In this document: piece by piece, positions 24,650 to 36,825 of the stretch
Layout: the number at the start of each line of letters is the position of its first letter
Numbering within the stretch: position 1 is the stretch's first letter
From: Firmicutes bacterium HGW-Firmicutes-9
GTDB taxonomy: Bacteria > Bacillota > Clostridia > Christensenellales > CAG-138
NCBI GenBank assembly: GCA_002841395.1
Contig: PGZM01000002.1
Coordinates: 68,201 to 132,200 of the forward strand
Length of the DNA: 64,000 bases
Reading direction: 5' to 3'
Made by a program: the position numbers and the translations under genes
Notes under the pieces: model-generated
Database searches by the model: none
Seen by the model: only the letters and a program-made list of their open reading frames with translations
Told to the model about the DNA's origin: nothing

Positions 24650-25419
24650 GTCCTGCTCAAGACCTCATCGGTATCAAAATCATCATACTGCACGCGTTGT
24701 AAGAAGAGCCCATGCGGCGGTGCTGTTCCGCCCGCGTCGTCCCGCTTGCCGCTCACAATCGCACGCGCTATCGCGCCCTGCGGGAGCTTTCCGCTGCCGA
24801 TTTCCAGCATGGTGCCGACTAGGATGCGTACCATGTTGTAGAGAAATCCGTTTGCGCTGACCTCGTAGGTCAGAAACTTGCCGTTTTGCGTCCATTCGCT
24901 CTTGGTAATCGTGCGGACGGTGTTGGTGAGCTTGCTGCCAACGCTCATGAACGCCGAGAAGTCGTGCTCGCCGAGCGCATCTTTGGCGGAGAGTTGCATG
25001 CGCTCCAGGTTGATCGGCGTATGGACGTGCAAGGAAGTGGTTCGCGCGAACACATCCGCATGCAAACCAAGCTGTACCGTGTAGCGATAGGTCTTGTTCT
25101 TTGCGGAAAAGCGCGCGTGGAATTCCTCCGGCGCTTCTTCGCTGTAGAGCACGCGGATATCCCGCGGAAGTCGCATGTTGAGCGCAATGGCGAACTTGTC
25201 CGCCGGCATGCGCGCGTTGGTGTCAAAGTGTGCTACCTGCGCGCGGGCGTGTACTCCGCTGTCCGTTCTGCCCGAACCGTGTAGCTGGATGTGCTCGCCC
25301 GTGATGGCAAGCGCCGCCTCGTTGAGCCGCTGCTGGACGGATACGCCGTTGTCCTGCAGCTGCCAGCCGACGTAGTTGGTACCATCGTAGGCGACGATCA
25401 GGCGGATGCGGCGGCTCAT
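24646..25419 (-). CDS. truA: tRNA pseudouridine(38-40) synthase
   Basis: 257 aa: RIRLIVAYDGTNYVGWQ...GSGRTDSGVHA. Confidence 0.95.
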   Translation of the reverse strand: MSRRIRLIVAYDGTNYVGWQLQDNGVSVQQRLNEAALAITGEHIQLHGSGRTDSGVHARAQVAHFDTNARMPADKFAIALNMRLPRDIRVLYSEEAPEEFHARFSAKNKTYRYTVQLGLHADVFARTTSLHVHTPINLERMQLSAKDALGEHDFSAFMSVGSKLTNTVRTITKSEWTQNGKFLTYEVSANGFLYNMVRILVGTMLEIGSGKLPQGAIARAIVSGKRDDAGGTAPPHGLFLQRVQYDDFDTDEVLSRT

Positions 25420-26222
25420 AGCGGCAGATTCTCCAACAGGATAATGCCGACGAGCACCGCCGTGAGCAGCAGCGTTGCAAAGAGATCGCGCCAGTGGAAA
25501 TGCAGCTCGCGCATGCGGGTTCTGCCTTCACCGCCGTGATAGCAGCGGCTCTCCATCGCCATAGCGAGCTCGTCCGCCCGACGGAACGCGGAGACAAACA
25601 ACGGAACCAGCACAGGAATCATGCTCTTTGCCCGCTGAAAGATGTTACCGCTTTCAAAATCCGCGCCGCGCGCCATCTGCGCTTTCTGGATGCGGTCGGT
25701 TTCCTCCATCAGCGTGGGGATAAACCGCAGCGCGATGGTCATCATCATCGCGAGTTCGTGCGCGGGGAAGCGGAGCTTACGAAGCGGCGACATGAGTTTT
25801 TCAAGCCCGTCCGTTAGCGCGATAGGCGAAGTCGTCAGCGTCAAAATCGACGTGCCCGCAACGAGCAGCACGAGACGCAGCGTGATATAAACGGCTTGCT
25901 CAACCGCTTCCTGCGTGATGTGGATGAATTTCCAGTCGATCCAGAGCGTCGTGCCCTGCGTGGCGAAGAGGTTGATCACAAACATGAACACCAGCAGCCA
26001 CTTCATTGGCTTCAGCGCGGAGAAGAAGTAGGAGGCCGGTACCTGCGCGAAGAGAAACATCGCAACAAGCAGCACAACGGGCAAGAGGAACACGACCAGC
26101 GATTTTACCACGAATACGATCGCGATATAGAGCGCCATCAGGAAGATCTTGGTGCGCGGATCGAGACGGTGTACGACGCTGTTGCCCGGCAGGTATTGAC
26201 CCAGAGAGATGTTAGCGGTCAT
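25416..26222 (-). CDS. ecfT: ECF transporter transmembrane (T) component
   Basis: 268 aa. LDPRTK and the ARG/ALRFIP region. Position immediately after two EcfA genes. Confidence 0.9.
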   Translation of the reverse strand: MTANISLGQYLPGNSVVHRLDPRTKIFLMALYIAIVFVVKSLVVFLLPVVLLVAMFLFAQVPASYFFSALKPMKWLLVFMFVINLFATQGTTLWIDWKFIHITQEAVEQAVYITLRLVLLVAGTSILTLTTSPIALTDGLEKLMSPLRKLRFPAHELAMMMTIALRFIPTLMEETDRIQKAQMARGADFESGNIFQRAKSMIPVLVPLFVSAFRRADELAMAMESRCYHGGEGRTRMRELHFHWRDLFATLLLTAVLVGIILLENLPL

Positions 26223-27066
26223 GGTTCCACCTCCCGATCAGGTCCGCTGCCAGTTCTTCCATGCGGAAGTAGTCGTGTTGAATGTCGATTCCGCGTGCGC
26301 GCAGCGCGCGTACAAGCTGCGTCGCCTGCGGCAGATTCAAGCCCATCTCCAGCAGCTCTGTACTGTGAGAGAACACATCCTCCGGGGAAGCAACCATGAA
26401 TAAAGAACCTTTGTCCAGCACTGCGATGCGGTCTGCAAACATTGCAACGTCGTCCATCGAGTGGGAGACCATCACGATGCCCGTGCCGTAGTCGCTGCGG
26501 AGCGATTCGATCAGCGCGAGTATTTCGCGCCGACCGCGCGGGTCAAGCCCCGCCATGGGTTCGTCCAGCACGAGGTATTTCGGGCGCATCGCGAGAATGC
26601 CCGCGAGCGCCGCGCGACGTTTTTCACCGCCGGAGAGCTCAAAAGGCGATTTTTCGGAAAACTCGCTGGGGTTGAGACCGACGAGCCGGAGCGCTTCTTC
26701 CACGCGCGGCGCGATCTCTTCTTCACTCAGCCCCATATTCTTGGGACCGAACGCAACGTCCCGTTCGACCGTCTCTTCAAAGAGCTGATATTCTGGGTAT
26801 TGAAACACCATACCGACCAGCGAGCGAATCTGCTTGCGCAGTTTTTTCTCGCGCGTGTCGAGACCGTCCACCAGAACGCTTCCGGCGGTCGGCAGCAGCA
26901 GCCCGTTGAGATGCTGAATCAACGTGCTCTTGCCGGAGCCGGTGTGTCCAATGATGCCGAGGAATTCGCCGTCCTGCACGGTCAGCGAAACATCGCTAAG
27001 CGCAGGGTAGGCGAGCTGGCTTCCCGGCAGGTAGGTATGGCTGAGTTGTTCGATGATGATTGGCAT
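26212..27066 (-). CDS. ecfA2: ECF transporter ATPase subunit A2
   Basis: 284 aa. Walker A GHTGSGKST, signature LSGGEKRR, Walker B LVLDEP. Confidence 0.9.
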   Translation of the reverse strand: MPIIIEQLSHTYLPGSQLAYPALSDVSLTVQDGEFLGIIGHTGSGKSTLIQHLNGLLLPTAGSVLVDGLDTREKKLRKQIRSLVGMVFQYPEYQLFEETVERDVAFGPKNMGLSEEEIAPRVEEALRLVGLNPSEFSEKSPFELSGGEKRRAALAGILAMRPKYLVLDEPMAGLDPRGRREILALIESLRSDYGTGIVMVSHSMDDVAMFADRIAVLDKGSLFMVASPEDVFSHSTELLEMGLNLPQATQLVRALRARGIDIQHDYFRMEELAADLIGRWNHDR

Positions 27067-27101
27067 GTTCTATCCTTATATGATGTCAATTGTTGTTCGC
27101 G

Positions 27102-27944
27102 TTATGATTTCAGCGCGCGGCCGAGTTCTTCTGCCAGTGCGTCGCAGGTCATCGCCTCGTGTGAAACGGGCAGTCCCGCCGCGATCAGCTCGTCCCGCAG
27201 TTTCACAAACGCGGGTGCGTCGAGCCGGCTTTCTTCCAGCAGCGTCCGCTCGTTGAATACTTCCTTCGGTGTGCCTTCCATCACGAGCCGCCCTTCGGAG
27301 AGGACGAACACACGATCTGCACCCAGAGCCTCTTCCATGAACTGCGTGATCATGACAACGGTCATGCCGCGCTCGCGGTTGAGCTTCTTGACGGTGGACA
27401 GCACCTCTTCGCGTCCGCGGGGATCGAGCATTGCTGTGGCTTCGTCGAGCACGAGCACTTCGGGCTGCATCGCGAGCAGTCCCGCGATGGCGACGCGCTG
27501 CTTCTGTCCGCCGGAGAGCGCGTGACTTGCTTTCTCGGCGTACTCGGTCATCTCGACTTCCTTGAGTGCTTCGTCAACTCGCACGCGGATATCGGAAGGC
27601 TTCACGCCAAGATTCTCCGGGCCGAAGCCGACGTCCTCCTCGACGATGGTGGTGACGAGCTGGTTATCCGGGTTTTGAAACACCATGCCCACGCGGCGGC
27701 GAATCTCCAACAGGTTCTTTTCATCGCAGGTGTCCATGCCGTCGACGCGAACCGTGCCTTCGGCAGGCATCAGCAGCGCGTTGAGCATCTTGCAGAGCGT
27801 ACTTTTGCCGGAGCCGTTGTGTCCGACGATGGCGACAACCTCTCCTTTTTGAATCGAGAGGCTGATGTTTTTCAGCGCGACTTTTTCCGCGCCGACATAT
27901 TGAAACCCGACGTTGACGATTTCAATGAGTGCGTTCGGGGCCAT
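27102..27944 (-). CDS. ecfA1: ECF transporter ATPase subunit A1
   Basis: ORF trimmed to the ATG at 27944 (MAPNALIEIVNV) after AGGAG. GHNGSGKST, LSGGQKQR, LVLDEA. Confidence 0.9.
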   Translation of the reverse strand: MAPNALIEIVNVGFQYVGAEKVALKNISLSIQKGEVVAIVGHNGSGKSTLCKMLNALLMPAEGTVRVDGMDTCDEKNLLEIRRRVGMVFQNPDNQLVTTIVEEDVGFGPENLGVKPSDIRVRVDEALKEVEMTEYAEKASHALSGGQKQRVAIAGLLAMQPEVLVLDEATAMLDPRGREEVLSTVKKLNRERGMTVVMITQFMEEALGADRVFVLSEGRLVMEGTPKEVFNERTLLEESRLDAPAFVKLRDELIAAGLPVSHEAMTCDALAEELGRALKS

Positions 27945-28145
27945 TGCTTCATACTCCTGTCTTGTTGCACATTTGCGCGCTGTTGTAGGGAACCCGCGCA
28001 GTGTGATAAAATAAAATTCCGAAGAGCACAAAAAATGTGTGCATATCGGATCAATAGCAATTCAGTATAGCAAATACAGCCGTATCTTACAAGGGTTTGC
28101 GCCCTGTGAGGTGGCGTCGCCGCGCGGGCGGCAGGGAGCGAACGC

Positions 28146-29510
28146 ATGAAAACATTGTTACAAAACGCACGCTGCATCGTCACCTGTGACGACAACGATT
28201 CCATCCTCCGCGGCGCGGATGTGCTGATGCAGGACGGCGTGATCGCAGCCGTCGGTAAACTTGGCAACATAGAAGCGGACGAGATCGTGGACGCGAGCCG
28301 GATGATTCTCTATCCGGGGCTCATCAACACGCATCATCACCTGTATCAATATTTCTCCAGAAACCTTAGGCACGTTCAGAATCTAGAGCTGTTCGACTGG
28401 CTCACCGCGCTCTATGACATCTGGGCGCACCTGAACGAAGACACCGTTCGCTTAAGCTCGCTTGCGGGCATGGGCGAACTGATGAAATACGGCTGCACGA
28501 CCTGCTTTGATCATCACTATGTGTTTCCAAACGGCGCGGGCGATCTAATCGCGGCGCAGTTTGAGGCGGCGGAGTCGCTCGGCATTCGTGTAGTGAGTTC
28601 CCGCGGAAGCATGAGTCTGTCCCGCAAGGACGGAGGATTGCCGCCGGATTCCGTCGTGCAGACGATGGACGAAATCCTGCGCGACAGCAGAAACGCGATT
28701 GAGCGCTATCATGACGCGTCCGATTACTCGATGCGACAGGTGGTGCTGGCTCCCTGCTCGCCGTTCTCGGTGACGGCGGATCTGATGCGCGAGAGTGCAA
28801 AGCTCGCGCGCAGCTACGGCGTGCGACTGCACACGCACCTGTGCGAGACGATGGACGAGGAGCGGTACACGGTCAGCACGCGCGGCATGCGCCCGCTTGC
28901 GTATATGGAGACCGTGGATTTCGTCGGCAGCGACGTGCACTATGCGCACGGCATCTTCTTTAACGACGAGGAGCTCAAGTTCCTTGCGGACACCGGAACG
29001 GGCGTTGCGCACTGCCCGTGCTCCAATATGAAGCTCAGTTCCGGCGTCGCACGGATTCCGGATATGCTTCGGCTCGACGTGCCCGTAGGGCTCGCGGTCG
29101 ACGGCAGCGCGAGCAACGACGCTTCCAATCTGATGCAGGAGATGCGCGCGGCATATTTAATGCACCGCTTGCGCTACGGTGCGGAAGCGCCGACGGGGTA
29201 TGATCTGCTGAAGCTCGCGACGCGCGGTAGCGCACAGGTGCTCGGCAGAAGCAAACTCGGACAGATTGCGCCGGGCTTTGCGGCGGATATGTTCGCGATT
29301 CGCTATGACCGCCTCGAGATGGTCGGCGCGGAGCGCGACGAAGCGAACCTGTTTGGCACCGTGGGATACAATCAGCCTGCGGACGCGGTCTGGGTTGCGG
29401 GGAAACTCACCTGTAAGGAAGGCGTATTGCAAAACATCGATGAGGATAGAACAGCTGCACAGAGCAGGGCGGAAATAGACCGCTTGCTTATATCCGCGGC
29501 TGTATCATAA
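28146..29510 (+). CDS. Amidohydrolase-superfamily deaminase (8-oxoguanine deaminase / SsnA-like)
   Basis: 454 aa. N-terminus MKTLLQNARCIVTCDD, metal motif NTHHHLYQ, later HTHL and HG. GGGAG RBS. Confidence 0.8.
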   Translation: MKTLLQNARCIVTCDDNDSILRGADVLMQDGVIAAVGKLGNIEADEIVDASRMILYPGLINTHHHLYQYFSRNLRHVQNLELFDWLTALYDIWAHLNEDTVRLSSLAGMGELMKYGCTTCFDHHYVFPNGAGDLIAAQFEAAESLGIRVVSSRGSMSLSRKDGGLPPDSVVQTMDEILRDSRNAIERYHDASDYSMRQVVLAPCSPFSVTADLMRESAKLARSYGVRLHTHLCETMDEERYTVSTRGMRPLAYMETVDFVGSDVHYAHGIFFNDEELKFLADTGTGVAHCPCSNMKLSSGVARIPDMLRLDVPVGLAVDGSASNDASNLMQEMRAAYLMHRLRYGAEAPTGYDLLKLATRGSAQVLGRSKLGQIAPGFAADMFAIRYDRLEMVGAERDEANLFGTVGYNQPADAVWVAGKLTCKEGVLQNIDEDRTAAQSRAEIDRLLISAAVS

Positions 29511-29522
29511 GGAGGAAGATCC

Positions 29523-30068
29523 ATGGAAGATCTGCTACCAAACCACGAACTTCAGCCAAAGAAGAAGTTCACCGTCCGCGCGTTGGCGCAGGGCGCAATC
29601 ATCGCGGCAGTCTATGCGCTGTTGACGATTTTTCTTGCACCCATCTCGTCCGGCCTGATTCAGTGCCGCGTGTCGGAGGCCATGAGCGTGCTACCGTATT
29701 TCACGTTCTCGGCGGTTCCCGGCTTGTTCATCGGCTGCTTGATTGCAAACCTGCTGCTCGGGGCGTCGATCTACGACGTGCTGTTCGGCAGTCTTGCGAC
29801 GCTCATCGCCGCCTACATCACCTACGCCATGCGCAAACATGTGACGAAGTATCTGGCGCCGTTGCCTTCGGTGATCGTCAACGCGCTGGTCGTCGGCTGG
29901 CTGTTGACGTATGTCTATCAGGTGGGTGTCAGCTTCTGGGTCGCGGCGGGATATGTCGCCGTCGGTCAGGCAATCGCCTGTTTCGCGCTCGGCATTCCGC
30001 TGATGAAACTGCTGGAGCGGTTTCGCGACAAACTTTTTGTAGAATCTGAAGCACAGAGAATCGAATAA
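29523..30068 (+). CDS. queT: QueT family queuosine-precursor transporter (ECF S component)
   Basis: 181 aa: IQCRVSEAMSVLPYFTFSAVPGLFIGCLIANLL...FGSLATLIAAY. The ATG is 12 nt after the upstream stop, with an AAGGAGGAAG RBS. Confidence 0.85.
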   Translation: MEDLLPNHELQPKKKFTVRALAQGAIIAAVYALLTIFLAPISSGLIQCRVSEAMSVLPYFTFSAVPGLFIGCLIANLLLGASIYDVLFGSLATLIAAYITYAMRKHVTKYLAPLPSVIVNALVVGWLLTYVYQVGVSFWVAAGYVAVGQAIACFALGIPLMKLLERFRDKLFVESEAQRIE

Positions 30069-30076
30069 TCGGTATT

Positions 30077-30110
30077 GGGAAGCGGGACATGTGCCCGCTT
30101 CCCGCTTTTA
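30077..30110 (+). terminator. Intrinsic terminator
   Basis: GGGAAGCGGG-ACATGTG-CCCGCTTCCC followed by GCTTTTA. Confidence 0.7.
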
Positions 30111-30247
30111 TATACAAAAAACAGATTCTTGTTGATAGAATATTTGTTTTGCAAGTAATCCTGCAATTTAATTTCACAAAACCGTTTTTGAAATTGTAAA
30201 ATGAAAGAAAATCCTGCATTTTATCCGATTCTTAAGGAGCGGTTACA

Positions 30248-30276
30248 TTGACAGGTTTCCGATCGAGTTATATAAT
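30248..30276 (+). promoter_or_regulatory. Consensus sigma-70 promoter of nifJ
   Basis: TTGACA-17 nt-TATAAT, about 60 nt upstream of the ATG. Confidence 0.65.
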
Positions 30277-30321
30277 ATCTGGTGGTAATCAATGGGTAAT
30301 CCCGATTCCATACATATCTAA

Positions 30322-33909
<3,588 letters not shown>

Positions 33910-33928
33910 CCGATCCATTAGAACCAAT

Positions 33929-33964
33929 AAAGAGAACCGCGGATTTCCGCGGTTCTCTTTTTGC
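33929..33964 (+). terminator. Intrinsic terminator
   Basis: AGAGAACCGCGG-ATTT-CCGCGGTTCTCT followed by TTTTT. Confidence 0.85.
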
Positions 33965-34112
33965 GTTTTGAACTGGGTTGTCATTTCTGGACGCAACGTT
34001 TGAAAGTTGAAGCTAACTTGACGAAAGTAACATGATTTCTTCACAAAATCTTGAGCGTGGCTTGACATTGATTGAGTACGATATAACCATCAAATCGAAC
34101 GGGGACAAGCCT

Positions 34113-34826
34113 ATGGAACAGTCAAAACGGGAAACGGTCGTCATCTGGGGAGACTCTCTTGCAAAGGGTGTCGTCTGGAACGCGGCACGCAAACGCCACG
34201 CATACAGTAAAACGACTGCCGCGGATATCGTAGCCGAGCGGCTCAACATCGAGCTGGTCAACCGCGCAAAGTTTGGCTGCACCGCGCCGGAAGGGCTCGC
34301 GATTATGGAACGCGAGATCGAAGACGGCATCGACTGCGACACGGCTTTGATTGAATTTGGCGGAAACGACTGTAACTTTGATTGGAAGGCAATCTCCGAA
34401 CGTCCCGATGACGAGCATTTACCCGCGACATCGCCGGAAGCATATCAGGAATCCGTGCGGACGATGGTCAAAAACCTGCTCAAGCAAGGTATTCAACCGG
34501 TGCTGATGACGCTGCCGCCGATCGACGCGGAGCGGTATTTCCGTTTTCTCGCGGGGGACACGCTCAATCGCGAAAACATCCTGCGGTGGCTTGGCGATGT
34601 GCAGCAGATCTACCGTTATCAGGAGATGTATTCGCTGCTGGTCGAAAAGGTCGCGCGCGAGTTCTCGATCCGCTTGATCGATCTTCGCTCGCGGTGCCTC
34701 GCGGAGCGGAATTTCTTCCGCGATATGCTCTGCGAAGACGGGCTGCACCTCAACGAAGAAGGACAGCAGTTTATCGGCGAGCAGATCGCGCAGCTGGTGC
34801 AGCAGGAGCATCGAAAAGCAGGTTAA
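34113..34826 (+). CDS. SGNH/GDSL hydrolase family protein
   Basis: ORF trimmed to the ATG at 34113 (MEQSKRETVVIWGDSLAKG, which is block I GDS). GGND block and a DGLH-type block V (CEDGLHLN). Confidence 0.8.
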   Translation: MEQSKRETVVIWGDSLAKGVVWNAARKRHAYSKTTAADIVAERLNIELVNRAKFGCTAPEGLAIMEREIEDGIDCDTALIEFGGNDCNFDWKAISERPDDEHLPATSPEAYQESVRTMVKNLLKQGIQPVLMTLPPIDAERYFRFLAGDTLNRENILRWLGDVQQIYRYQEMYSLLVEKVAREFSIRLIDLRSRCLAERNFFRDMLCEDGLHLNEEGQQFIGEQIAQLVQQEHRKAG

Positions 34827-34842
34827 ACAATTTTCAGCGAAC

Positions 34843-34872
34843 AAAAACTCCCGAACTTCGGGAGTTTTTTTA
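34843..34872. terminator. Bidirectional intrinsic terminator
   Basis: AAAAACTCCCGA-ACT-TCGGGAGTTTTTTT between convergent genes. Confidence 0.8.
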
Positions 34873-34887
34873 TGTTTTGGTTTGGGC

Positions 34888-35658
34888 TCAAGCTTCGGCG
34901 ATGATGCATTGGACACCTTGCGCCGTGAACTCTGTTTCGAGCTCCTGCGGCAGCGGGGAATCGCAGATCAACAGGTCGATATCAGCCAAATTCGCAAACG
35001 TAAACGGAAGAGACCGCCCGATTTTGGAGTTGTCCATCAGCATGACGACCTTTGCGGCTTTGGCGATCACCGCGCGCTTGAGCTGGCTTTCGCTCTGGCT
35101 GCCGCTGGTGAATCCCGTGCGCAGCGAGAAGCCGGAAGGTGACATGAGCGCAAGGTCGATGTTGATGCTCGAAATGAATGCCTCCGCCTGAGAGCCGGAG
35201 CAGGACAGCGTGTTTTCGCTGATCTGTCCACCCGTGAGCAGTACATCACAAGTGTGCCGCTGGGAAAGTTCTATGGCGATATTCGCGCCGCTGGTGACGA
35301 TGGTGTAGCGGTCGTTGCCCATGTGGTTGGCGACGGTCATCAGCGTGCTGCCCGCGTCGAGATAGACCGCGTGCCCGGGGTGGATGAGCTCCAGCGCGGC
35401 TTTTGCAATCGCGATCTTCTGGCGTGTGTTCTCTCTGGCGCGCTTACTGTAGACGCCCTCAATCTGGAGCGCCGCGGTTTGCATGGAGATCACGCCGCCG
35501 TGAACGCGGCGGATATAGCCCTGCTCCTCAAGCTGCTTGAGGTCGCGCCAGATGGTCATGGAAGAATAGCCCTCGTAGAGCGATTGCAGCTCGCTTACGC
35601 TGACCTCACCGCGGGACTGAATATAATCCCGAACTTTTGCGATACGCTCGTTCATCAT
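34888..35658 (-). CDS. DeoR/GlpR family transcriptional regulator
   Basis: 256 aa. N-terminal wHTH (SVSELQSLYEGYSSMTIWRDLKQLEEQG) and a C-terminal sugar-phosphate sensor domain. Confidence 0.9.
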   Translation of the reverse strand: MMNERIAKVRDYIQSRGEVSVSELQSLYEGYSSMTIWRDLKQLEEQGYIRRVHGGVISMQTAALQIEGVYSKRARENTRQKIAIAKAALELIHPGHAVYLDAGSTLMTVANHMGNDRYTIVTSGANIAIELSQRHTCDVLLTGGQISENTLSCSGSQAEAFISSINIDLALMSPSGFSLRTGFTSGSQSESQLKRAVIAKAAKVVMLMDNSKIGRSLPFTFANLADIDLLICDSPLPQELETEFTAQGVQCIIAEA

Positions 35659-35674
35659 GCAGACAATCCTCCAT

Positions 35675-35839
35675 ATAACAGAATCATAACACGAATGTTA
35701 TGTTTCAACAAGAATGTTTTGCAAAATACTACAAACATAACACAAAAAAGAGCATTTACCAGAATAACAACCATAACATTTTATAAAAACAAAACAGCCC
35801 CGCCATAGGCGGGGCATATTCATAACACGATTTGTTATT
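35675..35839. repeat. Array of (C/A)ATAACA heptamers, including two inverted pairs, around the DeoR gene start and the pfkB 3' end
   Basis: ATAACA at 35675; CATAACA at 35685, 35736, 35772 and 35821; AATAACA at 35763; inverted TGTTATG at 35696 and TGTTATT at 35833. Confidence 0.55.
35780..35815 (-). terminator. Intrinsic terminator of the pgi-GNAT-pfkB transcript
   Basis: The minus strand reads GCCCCGCC-TAT-GGCGGGGC followed by TGTTTTGTTTTT. Confidence 0.75.
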
Positions 35840-36788
35840 GCTTCATGCGCTCCAAAACTTCTGCGAGTTTCGGCATCGCGGGGATGCCGCCGCGCCGCTC
35901 GACGCAGAGCGAAGCGGTCGCGTTGCCGAAGCGGGCGAAGTCTGCCGCATCGTCGATGCTGACCTCTTTGAGCGACTTGCCGGAAGCGAGGAAACGATAG
36001 AGGAACCCGCCGAAGAAGGAATCTCCCGCGCCGGTGGTATCGACCGCCTTTGCGCGATATCCCGGCACCATGCAGTTCTCTTTTCCGACGCGGATATAAG
36101 CGCCTTCGGAACCGAGCGTGATGGCGGCGATCTTCACACCCTGTTCCATCAAAAGGTCGGCTGCCTTGTCCGGGTCGGATTCTCCCGTGAGCAGCGGAAG
36201 TTCTTCATCCGAAACCTTCATGATGTCTGCCGTGATGATCAGCGAGCGCATAAAGCGGATCGCCTCATCCTGCCCGTTCCAAAGCGATGCGCGATAGTTC
36301 GGGTCATAGGAGATCACAGCGCCTGCGGCTTTTGCGATGTCGATTGCTTCATAGGTTGCGGAGCGCGCCGGCTCCTGCGTGAGTGAAAGCGATCCCGTAT
36401 GGAACACTTTGGTATGTGTGAGCATCTCGCGGTCGAGTTCGTCGACGCGCAGCTGCGTATCCGCACCCGGCTTGCGGGAGAACGAGAACTCGCGCTCTCC
36501 GCTGGGCTTTAGCGCGACGAACGCGAGCGTTGTGAATACGTCGTCCGCTTCGATGAGCGCGTGCATGTCTACGCCCGCGTTGATCATTGCCTGCTTTAGA
36601 AACGTGCCGTGCATATCGCAGCCAACCTTGCCGATAAAGCCCGTTTTTGCGCCGCATTGCGAGGCTGCGCAAAGAAGATTGGTTACAGCGCCGCCGGGAT
36701 TCTGTTCAAACAGGCGTTGTCCGGCGGGCGAAATGCCGCTCTCCGTAAAATCGATCAGTAGTTCGCCGAGGGATACGATATCGTACAT
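35835..36788 (-). CDS. PfkB-family carbohydrate kinase (fructokinase / KDG-kinase-like)
   Basis: 317 aa. GGAVTN, the C-terminal DTTGAGDSF motif, and an AGGAG RBS. Confidence 0.9.
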   Translation of the reverse strand: MYDIVSLGELLIDFTESGISPAGQRLFEQNPGGAVTNLLCAASQCGAKTGFIGKVGCDMHGTFLKQAMINAGVDMHALIEADDVFTTLAFVALKPSGEREFSFSRKPGADTQLRVDELDREMLTHTKVFHTGSLSLTQEPARSATYEAIDIAKAAGAVISYDPNYRASLWNGQDEAIRFMRSLIITADIMKVSDEELPLLTGESDPDKAADLLMEQGVKIAAITLGSEGAYIRVGKENCMVPGYRAKAVDTTGAGDSFFGGFLYRFLASGKSLKEVSIDDAADFARFGNATASLCVERRGGIPAMPKLAEVLERMKQ

Positions 36789-36825
36789 AACAGTCTCCTA
36801 AAGAATAAGTTGCTGGATTATTTCG

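Noticed and set aside
27945-28145. preQ1 riboswitch upstream of the amidohydrolase-queT operon.
   Set aside because: This is expected from the queT context. I could not find a preQ1-I-type hairpin plus A-rich ACUA tail, and I cannot recall the preQ1-III consensus well enough to call it. I left it as a search to run rather than a feature.
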